A stretch of 64,000 nucleotides of DNA, taken from NCBI RefSeq assembly GCF_000142905.1, contig NW_013657666.1:134631-198630 (forward strand), read 5' to 3'. Source of the stretch: Thecamonas trahens ATCC 50062. Lineage: Eukaryota; Protista; Apusomonadida. The translations under genes were made by a program, and so were the position numbers. How positions within the stretch are numbered: the stretch's first letter is position 1; every line of letters starts with the position of its first letter. The notes under the pieces were generated by a model. The model had not been told where the DNA came from and did not search any database. It saw nothing but the letters and a program-made list of their open reading frames with translations. Positions 12,673 through 23,120 of this stretch are shown piece by piece.

Positions 12673-12844
12673 CCCACAATCATGCGGGCGTTGGGACGCA
12701 TTGTCATGCTTCAAAGTGAACAACACTCTGCGTATTCAAGTCCCTGAACCCGTGCGCGGCCATGCAAAGCCAGTAGGCTGAACCTCTGGGCGGCGGTGGT
12801 CAAACGAGTAGACAATTCAAAGTGCTTTCCTTGTCGAGCAAGTA

Positions 12845-12915
12845 ATGCGTCTGGTGTAGTGGCAACATTTATGCTTCCCAAGCATGAGCTCCGGGTTCGA
12901 TTCCCGGGACGCGAA
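12845..12915 (+). tRNA. trnG-CCC: tRNA-Gly (anticodon CCC) with A1xA72 mismatch and U2-G71 pair
   Basis: D arm GTGT/ACAT, anticodon arm TATGC-TTCCCAA-GCATG, T arm CCGGG-TTCGATT-CCCGG; A and B boxes intact; T7 terminator at 12917-12923. Confidence 0.9.
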
Positions 12916-13174
12916 CTTTTTTTGCTCCGCCTCATACCCTCCCCCTCAACCTCCTCTCTTCATTCCCCAAAACTGTCTCACCGCCACATCGTCCTTTGTC
13001 AGCATCATAGCTACCATATCCTTTCCCCAACGTGTATCGCATCCTGCCAGATGGTTGGTTCTCACCAAGTTTGCCGCCAGTCGCTGCTCGTGCTGGCTCG
13101 AATCTGCCGCACCGCCCCCTCCGTCGTCAAGCCGGCCACATTGTCTGCCACCACTCTCCCCCGGCTTGCCATCC

Positions 13175-14494
13175 ATGTCCGCTACGGCATACACGACCTA
13201 CCCTGGACCGTCACCTACGTTCCGGATCACCCTCGCCACTCTCCCGCCAGCCAACCTCCTCCCGCCGCCGGCCACTCTCCGCCTCACGGCCCACCTGCAC
13301 TTTGCCTCGCCGGCGACCTCACCGCGGTTGGTCTCTGTCCACGTCGAGCCGCGGCCGTGTCCGGTGGGCAAGGGCGGAGACGCTTCCTCGCCACCACTTC
13401 CTCCGCCGGCCTGGGCTTCGGGCTCAGATCGCCAGTTTGGCGCTTACCTCCGCGCTCTCCGGCCAGCCCATCTCTCGCCGGCTGAGCCCGGGGCGTGGCG
13501 GAGCGTGACCTTTGATCTCCCACTTGCGCGGGACTCGGCCCGCTTCGACGTCGTCGTCCGCGAGGACGCGCGGACTTCATCTTTCCGTGCTATCCTTGCG
13601 CATGCCGCCATTGTCCTTGCGCCCGAGACTCTGGCCACACCTGCGGCATCCGAGGCCTCACAGCTGCCGCCCGGCACAACGCTCGACGCCGCCATCGACG
13701 CCGCTCAAGCCTCAGCGGACTTTGTGGGCGGTGCGGTCATCGGCGCGCCGCACGTCACCATTCAGCGGACCAAGAGCCACGGCCTCGATCCGCTTGCACG
13801 GGTCTTCGAGGTTGTGGTCCCGCCGAATCCGTCAGGCACCTTTCCTGGCCTCAAGGGCGGTCTCCGGCTCACGGACGACAAGGCCGCCGGCGCCGAGTGG
13901 GTGCCTGTCGGCCCGGCACCGCCGGCACCATTGGACCAAGGCCTCTATCCCTGCCCCCTCGGCCACCGCGGCTACCCGTGCCGGCTGTTCTGGCTGGCAC
14001 GGATGGCCGAGTGCTTCCGCGGCGGGCTCAAGTTTTACGCGCCGATCCACCTCGTGCCGCTGCTGCTGTTTCGGCCGCGCGCGCTGGCCTCGCCGCGCGC
14101 TGTCCTCCGCACACTGCTCAACATTTGCGGCTCGGCCGGCTTTGTAGCAGCGTACAATGGCATCGGCATCGGACTGCTGTGCAAGTTCCGCAACGCGGCC
14201 GGACGCGACGCCCAGATCCACACCATCATCGCCGGTACGCTCTCCGGCGCCGCTGTTCTGCTCGAGGCTGCATCGCGTCGGAAAGAAATGGCGCTGTACT
14301 GCGTGCCGCGCGCGTTAGACGCTGCTTGGCGCGTGTTGTTCGGCGAGAAGCCCCTGCTCGGCCTCCCGGCCGCCGTCCTCGTTGCTCTCCTCCACGCGCT
14401 CGCGCTCGGACTGACCGGCGGCGCGCTAGCGGTCGCACCGGCGGCGTTCAAAGGCACGTATCGGTCGATTCTGTCGCGGGCGCTGCTGATGTGA
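13175..14494 (+). CDS. TMEM135-like (peroxisomal membrane protein family) with unassigned soluble N-terminal region
   Basis: C-terminal PC..GH....C...KFYAPIHLVPLL...LSGAAVLLEAASRRKEMALYCVPRALD resembles the TMEM135 C-terminal half; start at first ATG after the tRNA. Confidence 0.7.
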   Translation: MSATAYTTYPGPSPTFRITLATLPPANLLPPPATLRLTAHLHFASPATSPRLVSVHVEPRPCPVGKGGDASSPPLPPPAWASGSDRQFGAYLRALRPAHLSPAEPGAWRSVTFDLPLARDSARFDVVVREDARTSSFRAILAHAAIVLAPETLATPAASEASQLPPGTTLDAAIDAAQASADFVGGAVIGAPHVTIQRTKSHGLDPLARVFEVVVPPNPSGTFPGLKGGLRLTDDKAAGAEWVPVGPAPPAPLDQGLYPCPLGHRGYPCRLFWLARMAECFRGGLKFYAPIHLVPLLLFRPRALASPRAVLRTLLNICGSAGFVAAYNGIGIGLLCKFRNAAGRDAQIHTIIAGTLSGAAVLLEAASRRKEMALYCVPRALDAAWRVLFGEKPLLGLPAAVLVALLHALALGLTGGALAVAPAAFKGTYRSILSRALLM

Positions 14495-14536
14495 GGCAAG
14501 CGGCGTCTCGGCAGGCCTAGACAAGCATGCATCTTT

Positions 14537-16467
14537 TTACTGCTGGCTACAGTCTGCCGGCGGCGGGTCATTGCCGGGCACGTAGTCCTCGTCCTCGCCC
14601 GAGTTGTAGCCGGCAAGGTCGTTGATGGTGTGGACCGGGACATCGTCGTCGTCATCGGTCTCGTACTCGCTGTCGCCGTCGCCGCCCATGTAGCCCATGA
14701 ACGGATCACCGCCGCCCTCGGCCTCGAGCTGGGCGAGCGCGGCAGTGCCGGTGAACCACGAGGCCGCGCGCGGGATCATCGACTGCAGGATCATGCCCAG
14801 CTCGTGGTCCATCTGCAGGTTCTCGCGGAGCTCGTGCAGCTCCTCGGGCTCCATGGCCTCCACCTCGTCGTCCTCGGGGAGGACCGGCGGGTAGAAAAAG
14901 TCGAAGAACGACGGCGCGTCGGCGCTCCGCACATCGCGGCCGTCCTTCCACTCGATGGCAGTCGCCGTTGCGGCCTTGAACATCGGGCCTTCGAACTTGT
15001 CGGTCTCGAGCGTGTAGCTCTTGGTCAGCACCTTGTTCGTAAAGTACTCGTTGTCGGCAAAGGTGAAGACAAGGTCGAATCCGGGGTTGTCCTCGGGATA
15101 CGCAATGGTGACGTCGATGAGCGACTCGAGGACCGGGTAGTCCGACTCGGCAAGCACGTCCTCGAGCGACGAGTTATTCTGCAGAATCGAGAGCCAGTAC
15201 CGCGGAAGGCCGACCGGCACCTCAACCTCGCCATCGTCGCCCTCGGCGCCGCCCTCGAGCTCCTCGTCCGAGACCAGGTCGGCGTCGGTCGGCTCGTACT
15301 CGCCGGTTACAATTGCCATCTGCTTCTCCTCGAGCGTCCGGAACTTGGCCGCGTACGCAATCTCCAGTGCACGGAACTCGGTCTGGAATGCCTGCTCCAT
15401 CGCCACGCGCTCGTCCTCGATCTTGCGGAGCGCCGAGACCCGGCGCTTGACTTCCACCGGCGCCGTCTCCAGGAGGCCCGACGGCATGCCGATAAGGCCT
15501 TCGAACTTGGACTGCAGCGCCGACATGATCGATGGGTCCATCATCTGCATCAGCGCCGCCATTGCGCCGCCCTCGCCGCCATCAGCACCGCCCATCCCGG
15601 CCATCATCGCCGCCAGGTTCGACGCACCAGCCACGAGCGCCTCCTCGTCGACCTCACCATCGTCACCGTTGTCGGCCTCGCCCGCGCCGGCCAGCACCTG
15701 CGCAAACTGCGACGAGGCCTGCGGATCAAAGTTAAAGGTAAAGCCAGAGCCACTTGCCGGCCCGCCTGCCGCCGCTGCGCCCGTCGACGTGATGACCGTC
15801 TCAGGCGAGGTGGCCAACTCCGAACCATCACCCGCCTCGCTGGCAGGCACATGAGCGCCCGCCGTCTGCGGAGTGTTCATCGGCGTGTGTGCGTTCAGCA
15901 GCGGGTTCGTCGGCGTTCCGTTGTGCGCCTGGTTGCCAGTTGTCCGCCGGTTGCCAGCTGTTGGGGGGGGGGGGGGGGAGGAGGCGTGAGTGTAGAATCA
16001 TCCTGGGCGGGACGGGGGGGGGGGGGGGGAAGGGGGAGGGAAGGGGGAGCGAGGGGGGAANNNNNNNNNNNNNNNNNNNNNNNNNNNNNNNNNNNNNNNN
16101 NNNNNNNNNNNNNNNNNNNNNNNNNNNNNNNNNNNNNNNNNNNNNNNNNNNNNNNNNNNNCGACGGTGAGTCGTGGTATCTAAAAGTTGTCGCGAGATGA
16201 CTTATGGAGGGGATGGCGCGACGGACTGGCGTTAGTGCCAGCTGCAAGTCGTCGAGATCTTTTTGGCCATCGATCGTGTACCAGGCGGTACCTCGCGGGG
16301 AGATAGGCCTAGAGCAAATCTATGTCAAAAAGAGATGGGGGGAGGGAATTTGTGCAGGGGAAGGTGGGGGAGGTAGGGGAGGGCGGGAATGGGCGTACCA
16401 ATGGATTGGGCTTCCGAGGCAGAGTCGGGAAGGGCAGAGGCGACGGCTTGCTTCAGGTCGTCGGACA
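14537..16467 (-). CDS. NAP1: Nucleosome assembly protein 1; probable first exon 16398..16467, intron 15958..16397
   Basis: VKRRVSALRK, GEYEP, GLPRYWL, NEYFTNKVLTKSY, IEWKDG, SFFDFF, acidic tail, C-terminal CSQQ CaaX; phase-1 splice GTACGC...AACAG extends the frame from MSDDLK. Confidence 0.92.
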
Positions 16468-16642
16468 TGGTGAATGGGGGGTCGGGTGGCGTGACCTGCG
16501 GTCGCAGTCGCCTGCTGGCCGTCGACTGTTGTGGAAGGCCGGATGCCATGCATGGCAACCGATGTGGCATGGCAAGGAGCTGGGATCTTCATTTTGGCAA
16601 AAAGCTCAGTACAACAGAGCTTGGGCGGACTCCTCATCATCG

Positions 16643-19600
16643 TCAACATCCACAGCCACATTCCGGGGAGCCCGCAAGGATCGTTGGCCGCCCTGCGGAG
16701 AGGTGGTGCCCATGATGGCAGCCACGAGCGCAGTTGATGCAGACGCTGCCGACGTTGCAGTTGACACACGAGAAGAAAGAGACCCGGACGCCGGCCAAGC
16801 CATTGCTGCCAGGAAAGACGCTGACGCACTTGCCAGCCTTGACGTGATCGCGGAACGCACGCCGCGCCGCGGCCTCGGCGGCACGCATAGCCTTGACCCG
16901 CGTCAGTCGCGGATCCACAAACGCCGGCACCTCGCTCTGCCGACAATGCCAGCCGAAAAAGTGCGCCGCAAACTGCGCTGGCTCAAGACCACCTGCGACG
17001 TCGCGGACCTCGCCACCGAGCTCGTGCGCGATTTCGTGTGCGAGCGCGTGGCTGGCGTCGACCAGCTCGCGCGGCACAGAGCGGTCTGCCGTCCACGCAA
17101 AGACCAGGCTGCCATCGACCAGGATGCCCACTTTGGCATCATCGAGATCACTCGGGACGAGGACCGGGCACCGCTCGGCCACAGCAAACGCTCCACGCGC
17201 CCAAGTGCCGACAAACAGCCGAGGCGACGCCCGCGGATCCGCCAGCGAGCCCTCACGGGCGTACTGCTGCTGCCCGCCCAGCGCCCGCCACAGCGCATCC
17301 GGCTCGTCGCCTTCCTCGACAATTGAGAGCGACTTGCTCAAGCTGCTTGGTGTGGCCGACGATGCCTCGGCCGACGATTCCTCGGCCTCGGCCTCGGCCT
17401 CGCTGGCCCCGGCCTCACTGTGGCCAGTCGACGACACGCGTGACGCCACCGAGGCAAGCGACGCCACCGAGTTCGTTAGCAGTGACGACGCCTCCAGCAT
17501 GATCTCACCGTTTGGCCCTGTTCGTGCGCGCGGTGACTGCAGCCCCCGCCAGATGCCGCCGCTGCGCGAACAAAAAGCTCACGCGCCGAGAGGTTGCTCT
17601 TGCGAAGCGCACCTAGCCGCGGCCGCCCCGACGGCGACTCTGGGCGACGCTCGTCGCTCCCATTCTCGTTCACATCCCCGCTTCCATCACTGTCGTAGAG
17701 CGAGGCACACGAGTCGCTCGTCGAGCTATCGACCGACGCATCGAGCTGGGCATGCGATGTCGACTTGGCCATGGCTTCCTTGGCCGCGGTCAGCGACGGC
17801 GCATCGAGGCACTCGGCCTCGATGTCCATCGCAAGCTCCCACGCCGGCATGTACTCGGCGTCCGAGACTCCGATCCCAAGCCAGAGATAGTTGGCGTGCG
17901 GTGTGCGAACAAGGAACGCCCGGGACGAGTTGAGCGACGACGCGGTCGCCGGCACCTCCAGCGCTGTCATCGCCTCGTCCGACTCCCCCATCGGCGCGAG
18001 CTCGTACATGGTCACCGCAGGCCGCGGGACAAGTCTGCCAGCGTTGTACGCCTCGCCCGAGCCGAGAAGCGCCTCGTCGACAATCACCGAGTCCGCCGTC
18101 ACCGCTACAATGTTCTCTGGTGGAATCAGGACGTGGTCTTGCGCCCGTCCGGCATGCACTACCATCCGGTCGCCAAAGAGCGAGAGAAAGTGAGCCGACT
18201 CGCGGCCCTGCTCCAGCCGCAAAAACCGTGGCGCAGTGCCGGCGTCGGCAAACTTGGCCGCCAGCGCCGCCTTGAGCGACATCTCGTACGCCATGTCGAG
18301 CTTGGCTGATGCTCGCGCCCCGCGCCAAAAGTAGATAACAAACTTCTGGTCACTGCCACCAAACGAGTTACTCGTCTCGTACGTGTAGATGACCGCAAAG
18401 CCCGAGGTGTCGTAAAAGTGGCCGTGGTGCGACTCGGGCAGCGAATACACCAGATCTTCGCCCTCGAACACCATGACCGACACCGCCCCTGACCGGGACG
18501 TGTCGTCGACCACGCCGTATACAGGCGGCAGCCGATCGGTGAGGCAGTCGCCGGCGAGAATGGCTCTCACATCGAGCCTGCTCTGTGCAGGCGCCGACGG
18601 ATTCGCCACCCGCCGCGACCCGCGCCCCTCGCGCCGCCCGCCCCTCGCAGGCCACGCGTCAAACCCGGCCCGGAACAAATACGTTTCGGCGCCCTGCACA
18701 ACTCGGACCGGCGGCCAGACTGCGGCACTCGGCACCGCATCCATCGCTCGCCGTCGCAGCTCGGCAGGCACCTCGGCCCCGATCCACACAAACACATCAG
18801 TGGCCGTGTTCAACACATACGCCCGCATCCCATCAAGACTGCTCCGCGCGTACGGCGGTTCCAGCTGCTCAAGCTGAAGGTGCGGCGAGATGGCGTACAA
18901 CGTTGGGTTGGCAGACTCGTACGCGGCAGCGCTTGCCTCAGCACTCACTACCGGCAAATCGTCGAGCGTTACGGCTGCCGCCTCGGCACTCGCAAACGCC
19001 GCCGCGGGCGCGCCCAGCTCGGCACCAATCGCCTGAAGCACGCCCAGGCACTCGGCCGGCGTGTCTGCCGACGCAAAGTGCAGCGCGACTCCAGTCCTCT
19101 CGCTTTGCTTGAGACTCGAGGTAAAGTCCAGCGCAGCCGCGCGGACAACCATCGATGCGTCGCGGCCGTCAAGCTGGTACACGGCCGAGCCGGCGTCAAC
19201 TAGCGTGATGACACCGTGTGCGACAGAGTTCATCACAGCTGGCAGCCGCACCAGCCTGCTGGCCCGGCCGGAGGCCACGATACGGTACAGCCGCGTGGCC
19301 CGCGGCGGCGGCAGCGCCCGCAGCGACGACGTCGCCCCGTCGCCCTCGACCAACGTGATGCCCTGCCAGAACAGCGCGCGAAAGGCAGGCGACTCGGAGT
19401 CCTGCTCTTCGCGCAGCGCCGGACACTGCAGCTGCCGCGAGAACGCCAACGCCGAGAACGACGCGCACGAGATCTCGGCCGGCGTCGATATGGCGCCGAC
19501 CCAAAAGTACACCCGCGCCCCACCAGACTCGGCCACGCTGACCACCACGTACGAGTCGCCCTCGCAAAAGACCCCGTGCTGCGCCGGCGCCACACGCTCC

Positions 19601-19905
19601 AGCGCCATGTTCTCTACGCAGAAGACATGCAGGCCGGGATCGAGCGCCATCCCGCTGCTCTCGCCCCCCGTTCCGGCCGCCCCGGCCGCCGCTTCCCGCA
19701 TCGCCGTCCGGGCCGCCTCGCCAGCGGCCCGGACTTCGTCGACTGCAACCACAAACACTGCCGCCACCGCCTCGGCCGCCGCCATCACCTCGCGCAGCGT
19801 CGCCGTCTCGTCCATCCGTGCCAGCGCCTCCCCCGTCGCCTTGTTCGCTGCCTCCACAGCCGCAACCAGCGCCTGCCGAGCATGGCCCGAAGCGATGGCG
19901 GACAA
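16643..19905 (-). CDS. Gelsolin/villin-family actin-binding protein with C-terminal UBR-type zinc finger; 1-nt frameshift at ~17543-17547; start uncertain (first in-frame ATG 19815)
   Basis: Gelsolin repeats (HGVFCEGDSYVV, VYFWVG, REEQDSES, HGHFYD..YFWRG, LEQGRES, ASSLNSSRAF, VEEGDEPDALWRALGG); Cys/His-rich C-terminus. Confidence 0.85.
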
Positions 19906-20143
19906 GGAGAGGACGAGGACGATGTTGGCAAAGAGGAGTAGGAGCGGGACGTCATGGCTCCTCCGCCGTCAGTCTAAAGACGTGTGTGTGTGTGTGTGTG
20001 TGTCTTGGTCTTTGCGGCGAGAAGGGTGTGTCCGTGTCCTTCACTCCAAACCAGCGCCACGACAACGCGTCCGGACACACGACGCCTGGAATGTAGTGTA
20101 CTAGTCATATACGTCTTTTCGTCCAGTAGACCGTGATTCTAGC

Positions 20144-20214
20144 ACGCGCGTGGTACAGTGGCAGAATTTCTGCCTTCCAAGCAGGAGCCCCGGGTTCGAT
20201 TCCCGGCGCGCGTA
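20144..20214 (+). tRNA. trnG-TCC: tRNA-Gly (anticodon TCC)
   Basis: Acceptor ACGCGCG/CGCGCGT, anticodon loop CTTCCAA, T arm CCGGG-TTCGATT-CCCGG, downstream T-run. Confidence 0.95.
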
Positions 20215-20405
20215 ACGATTTTTTTGCTCGAGTCACAACCCTCTGTCGTCATATTCGTCCGTGCGGTCTCGCACGTCTCTCTGGAGCAACACATGTGGCT
20301 GGGACACAGCTGTAGGGCGCTGCGATCATGCTAGGGCCGCAAAAGGTGAGGCGGCCGCTTTCGAGTCACAGGTGAAGCACGCGTGTTTTTTTTTGTCAGT
20401 GGCTT

Positions 20406-21058
20406 CTACTCGTTGCGTTCCTTCTCACCGCACCCGCCCATCACAGGCGCAGCGGCGCTGGCAGCAAGCGCAGACACCAGCTGCGGGCCGTAGCACATAC
20501 CGGCGACGGCGACAAGGGCAAACACAGCAATGAGCGGGAGCGCGGTGTGTGGGATCGCGCCCAGCACCCGTGTATCGGCCACAAAGTAGAACTCGACACT
20601 CTGGTCCACGAGACCTACAGCGTCAGCTGCGGCCAGCGGCACGCCGTACGATTCGGGCGTGAGCGCGATCCAATGCCGCCCAGCCGGCAGGACTGTGTGG
20701 GCGATGTGAGTGTTGAGTAGCGTCCGAGCCGGAGCCCGACTCGCTGGCTCGGGGACCACTTCGATGCGGAATGAGACCGGATACGAGGCCGCCGACGACG
20801 CCCGCAGCTCGATCGGGCCTCCGACGTCCATCTCGAGGCATACAACGTACGCCGACCCGATCCTGGCCTCTAGCGGGCCAACAACCGTATTCGGCAGCAA
20901 GCACGCCCGTCGCCGGCCCCGCTCTCCCCGCTCGCCTCGCTTGCCCTGCTCGTGCCAGCCGCCACAACCGCACCCATGGCCAGTAGCAGCAGTGACACCA
21001 CCACCAACAACAACAACACTCGCACCCGGACTCGCACTCTGTCCTCCATCCCCACCAT
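20406..21058 (-). CDS. Type I membrane protein, possibly Pga1-like (GPI-mannosyltransferase II co-activator); 1-nt frameshift near 20905-20910
   Basis: Signal peptide in ORF 20870..21058 (VLLLLVVVSLLLLAMG); body ELRASSAASYPVSFRI..LLNT..FVAD..LGAIP and C-terminal TM in ORF 20406..21191. Confidence 0.55.
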
Positions 21059-21991
21059 TCCCGCCGTTGTTCAGTGGCCAGGAGCGAGACAAGCTTACGC
21101 CAGTCAACCCGACCACCAACCACCGGCCACCAGCCACCACTGACCCAATCAGGCAAGGTACTGTGCTGTGCCATTGCCACTGCCATGCCATGTCATGTCA
21201 TGTCATGTCATGTCGTGCCAACCACCCGCACAAGACCGGCAACAGGCACCCCGCCACCCCTTTGCCACCCCCCCCTCCNNNNNNNNNNNNNNNNNNNNNN
21301 NNNNNNNNNNNNNNNNNNNNNNNNNNNNNNNNNNNNNNNNNNNNNNNNNNNNNNNNNNNNNNNNNNNNNNNNNNNNNNNNNNNNNNNNNNNNNNNNNNNN
21401 NNNNNNNNNNNNNNNNNNNNNNNNNNNNNNNNNNNNNNNNNNNNNNNNNNNNNNNNNNNNNNNNNNNNNNNNNNNNNNNNNNNNNNNNNNNNNNNNNNNN
21501 NNNNNNNNNNNNNNNNNNNNNNNNNNNNNNNNNNNNNNNNNNNNNNNNNNNNNNNNNNNNNNNNNNNNNNNNNNNNNNNNNNNNNNNNNNNNNNNNNNNN
21601 NNNNNNNNNNNNNNNNNNNNNNNNNNNNNNNNNNNNNNNNNNNNNNNNNNNNNNNNNNNNNNNNNNNNNNNNNNNNNNNNNNNNNNNNNNNNNNNNNNNN
21701 NNNNNNNNNNNNNNNNNNNNNNNNNNNNNNNNNNNNNNNNNNNNNNNNNNNNNNNNNNNNNNNNNNNNNNNNNNNNNNNNNNNNNNNNNNNNNNNNNNNN
21801 NNNNNNNNNNNNNNNNNNNNNNNNNNNNNNNNNNNNNNNNNNNNNNNNNNNNNNNNNNNNNNNNNNNNNNNNNNNNNNNNNNNNNNNNNNNNNNNNNNNN
21901 NNNNNNNNNNNNCCTCCCCCCCCCCCCCCCTCCCCTCCCGCTCTGCCCCGCATGCAACACTTACTCTCTTCCTCCCTACCCGCACCTGCAG

Positions 21992-23100
21992 ACATCAGCC
22001 ATCGACGACATGGGCGAGGGCCAGCCGCTGCGCGACGATGGCAGCTGCGCTCACGGGTACATGGTGCCGGACAAGACCAATACAAAGTGTGTGTTCCCGG
22101 CACGGCTCGACATCGGGCGTCACTACATCCTCTCGGGCGGTCGCGGGGGATTCAAGGAGTCTTACGAGTCGCTCGTCTCGCGCATGCTCTCGTTCAACAA
22201 GTTCCTCTTCACTTCTGACGACTCTCTCACCTCTATGCCCGAGTTCCGGACCCTGTTTGAGTCCAAAGGCTACCGCGACGGCGCTGCTGGCGTCTGCGAT
22301 CTCGGCGTCGACAATCCCATTGTCGAGCCGTTCCAGCTCGCCATCATTGTGCAGATCCCCGGCCAGCAGGTGCCCATGCACTTTGACGCCCCATGGTTCT
22401 GGGGTGCGACCCGGTTTGACCTCCCCATCTGGCTCCTTGTGGCCATGCAGTGGTCGGAGCTCTGGGAGGACCGCCGCATCCGCCAGGTCCAGGGCGTCGC
22501 CTACATCCACGACTGGCCCGAGAACAAGGTCAACGGTGGTGCGTTCTTTTACTACCCCGAGGGTCCCGGCGGCAAGGTCAAGGTCTTCAACGCCACTCGT
22601 AACGCCGGCATCATTCTTGACGGCTCCAAGCAAGTCCACGGCACTGACGCCTTTCGCCCCACCGCCACCGACCTGCCCATCCTCAAGCGCGCCGACGCCA
22701 ACAAGCTCGTCTTTCGCGGCGACGCCACCTGGGACGTCGTCACCCGCTCCGGCGACGTTGTCGCCACCTACAAGACCTCGGACCTGCGTGTCTCGCTCGT
22801 CTGGCGTGGCCTCTGCTTCCGCGACCAGGCCCATCTCGACGAGTGGAACGCTTACGACGAGAAGCTCGAGCTTGCCGACATCCTCGCTACCTTTGTCGCC
22901 GACCTTCGCTCGCGTGGCCGTCTTGCTGCCGACGCCCCGGCGCCGCAGGGCCTTGACCTCGCTCTCATGATCCTCAACGAGTACGTCCTCTACCCGTTCC
23001 CGAACTCGTGGATGCCGTACAACTACTGTGCCGCGCCCGCGCTCCTGCCCGACGCCCTCAAGCCGCTCGCCTCGGCTCTCCTCTCCCGCTCTGCGGCTAA
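21992..23100 (+). CDS. 2OG-Fe(II) oxygenase-like protein; 5' exon(s) in N-gap; probable 1-nt frameshift just before TAA at 23098
   Basis: HxD (PMHFDAP), GGAFFYY, distal H (QVHG), RVS; acceptor CTGCAG at 21991; one added base gives ...LCG* and removes a 280-nt overlap with TRAPPC11. Confidence 0.7.
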
Positions 23101-23120
23101 ACACACGTGTTTCCTCTCTT

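Noticed and set aside
14630-16183. Long antisense ORFs (also 23488..24873, 27551..29176, 32526..34277, 60908..62758)
   Set aside because: Shadow ORFs expected from high GC3 codon bias opposite well-supported genes
16161-16320. Separate small gene or cassette exon in the NAP1 intron
   Set aside because: Splice-like signals exist, but the phase-compatible joins I tried hit stop codons and the adjacent gap prevents resolution
16634-16645. Selenocysteine readthrough of TGA after CGCGC in the villin gene
   Set aside because: Further in-frame TGA codons follow at once and no SECIS was recognised
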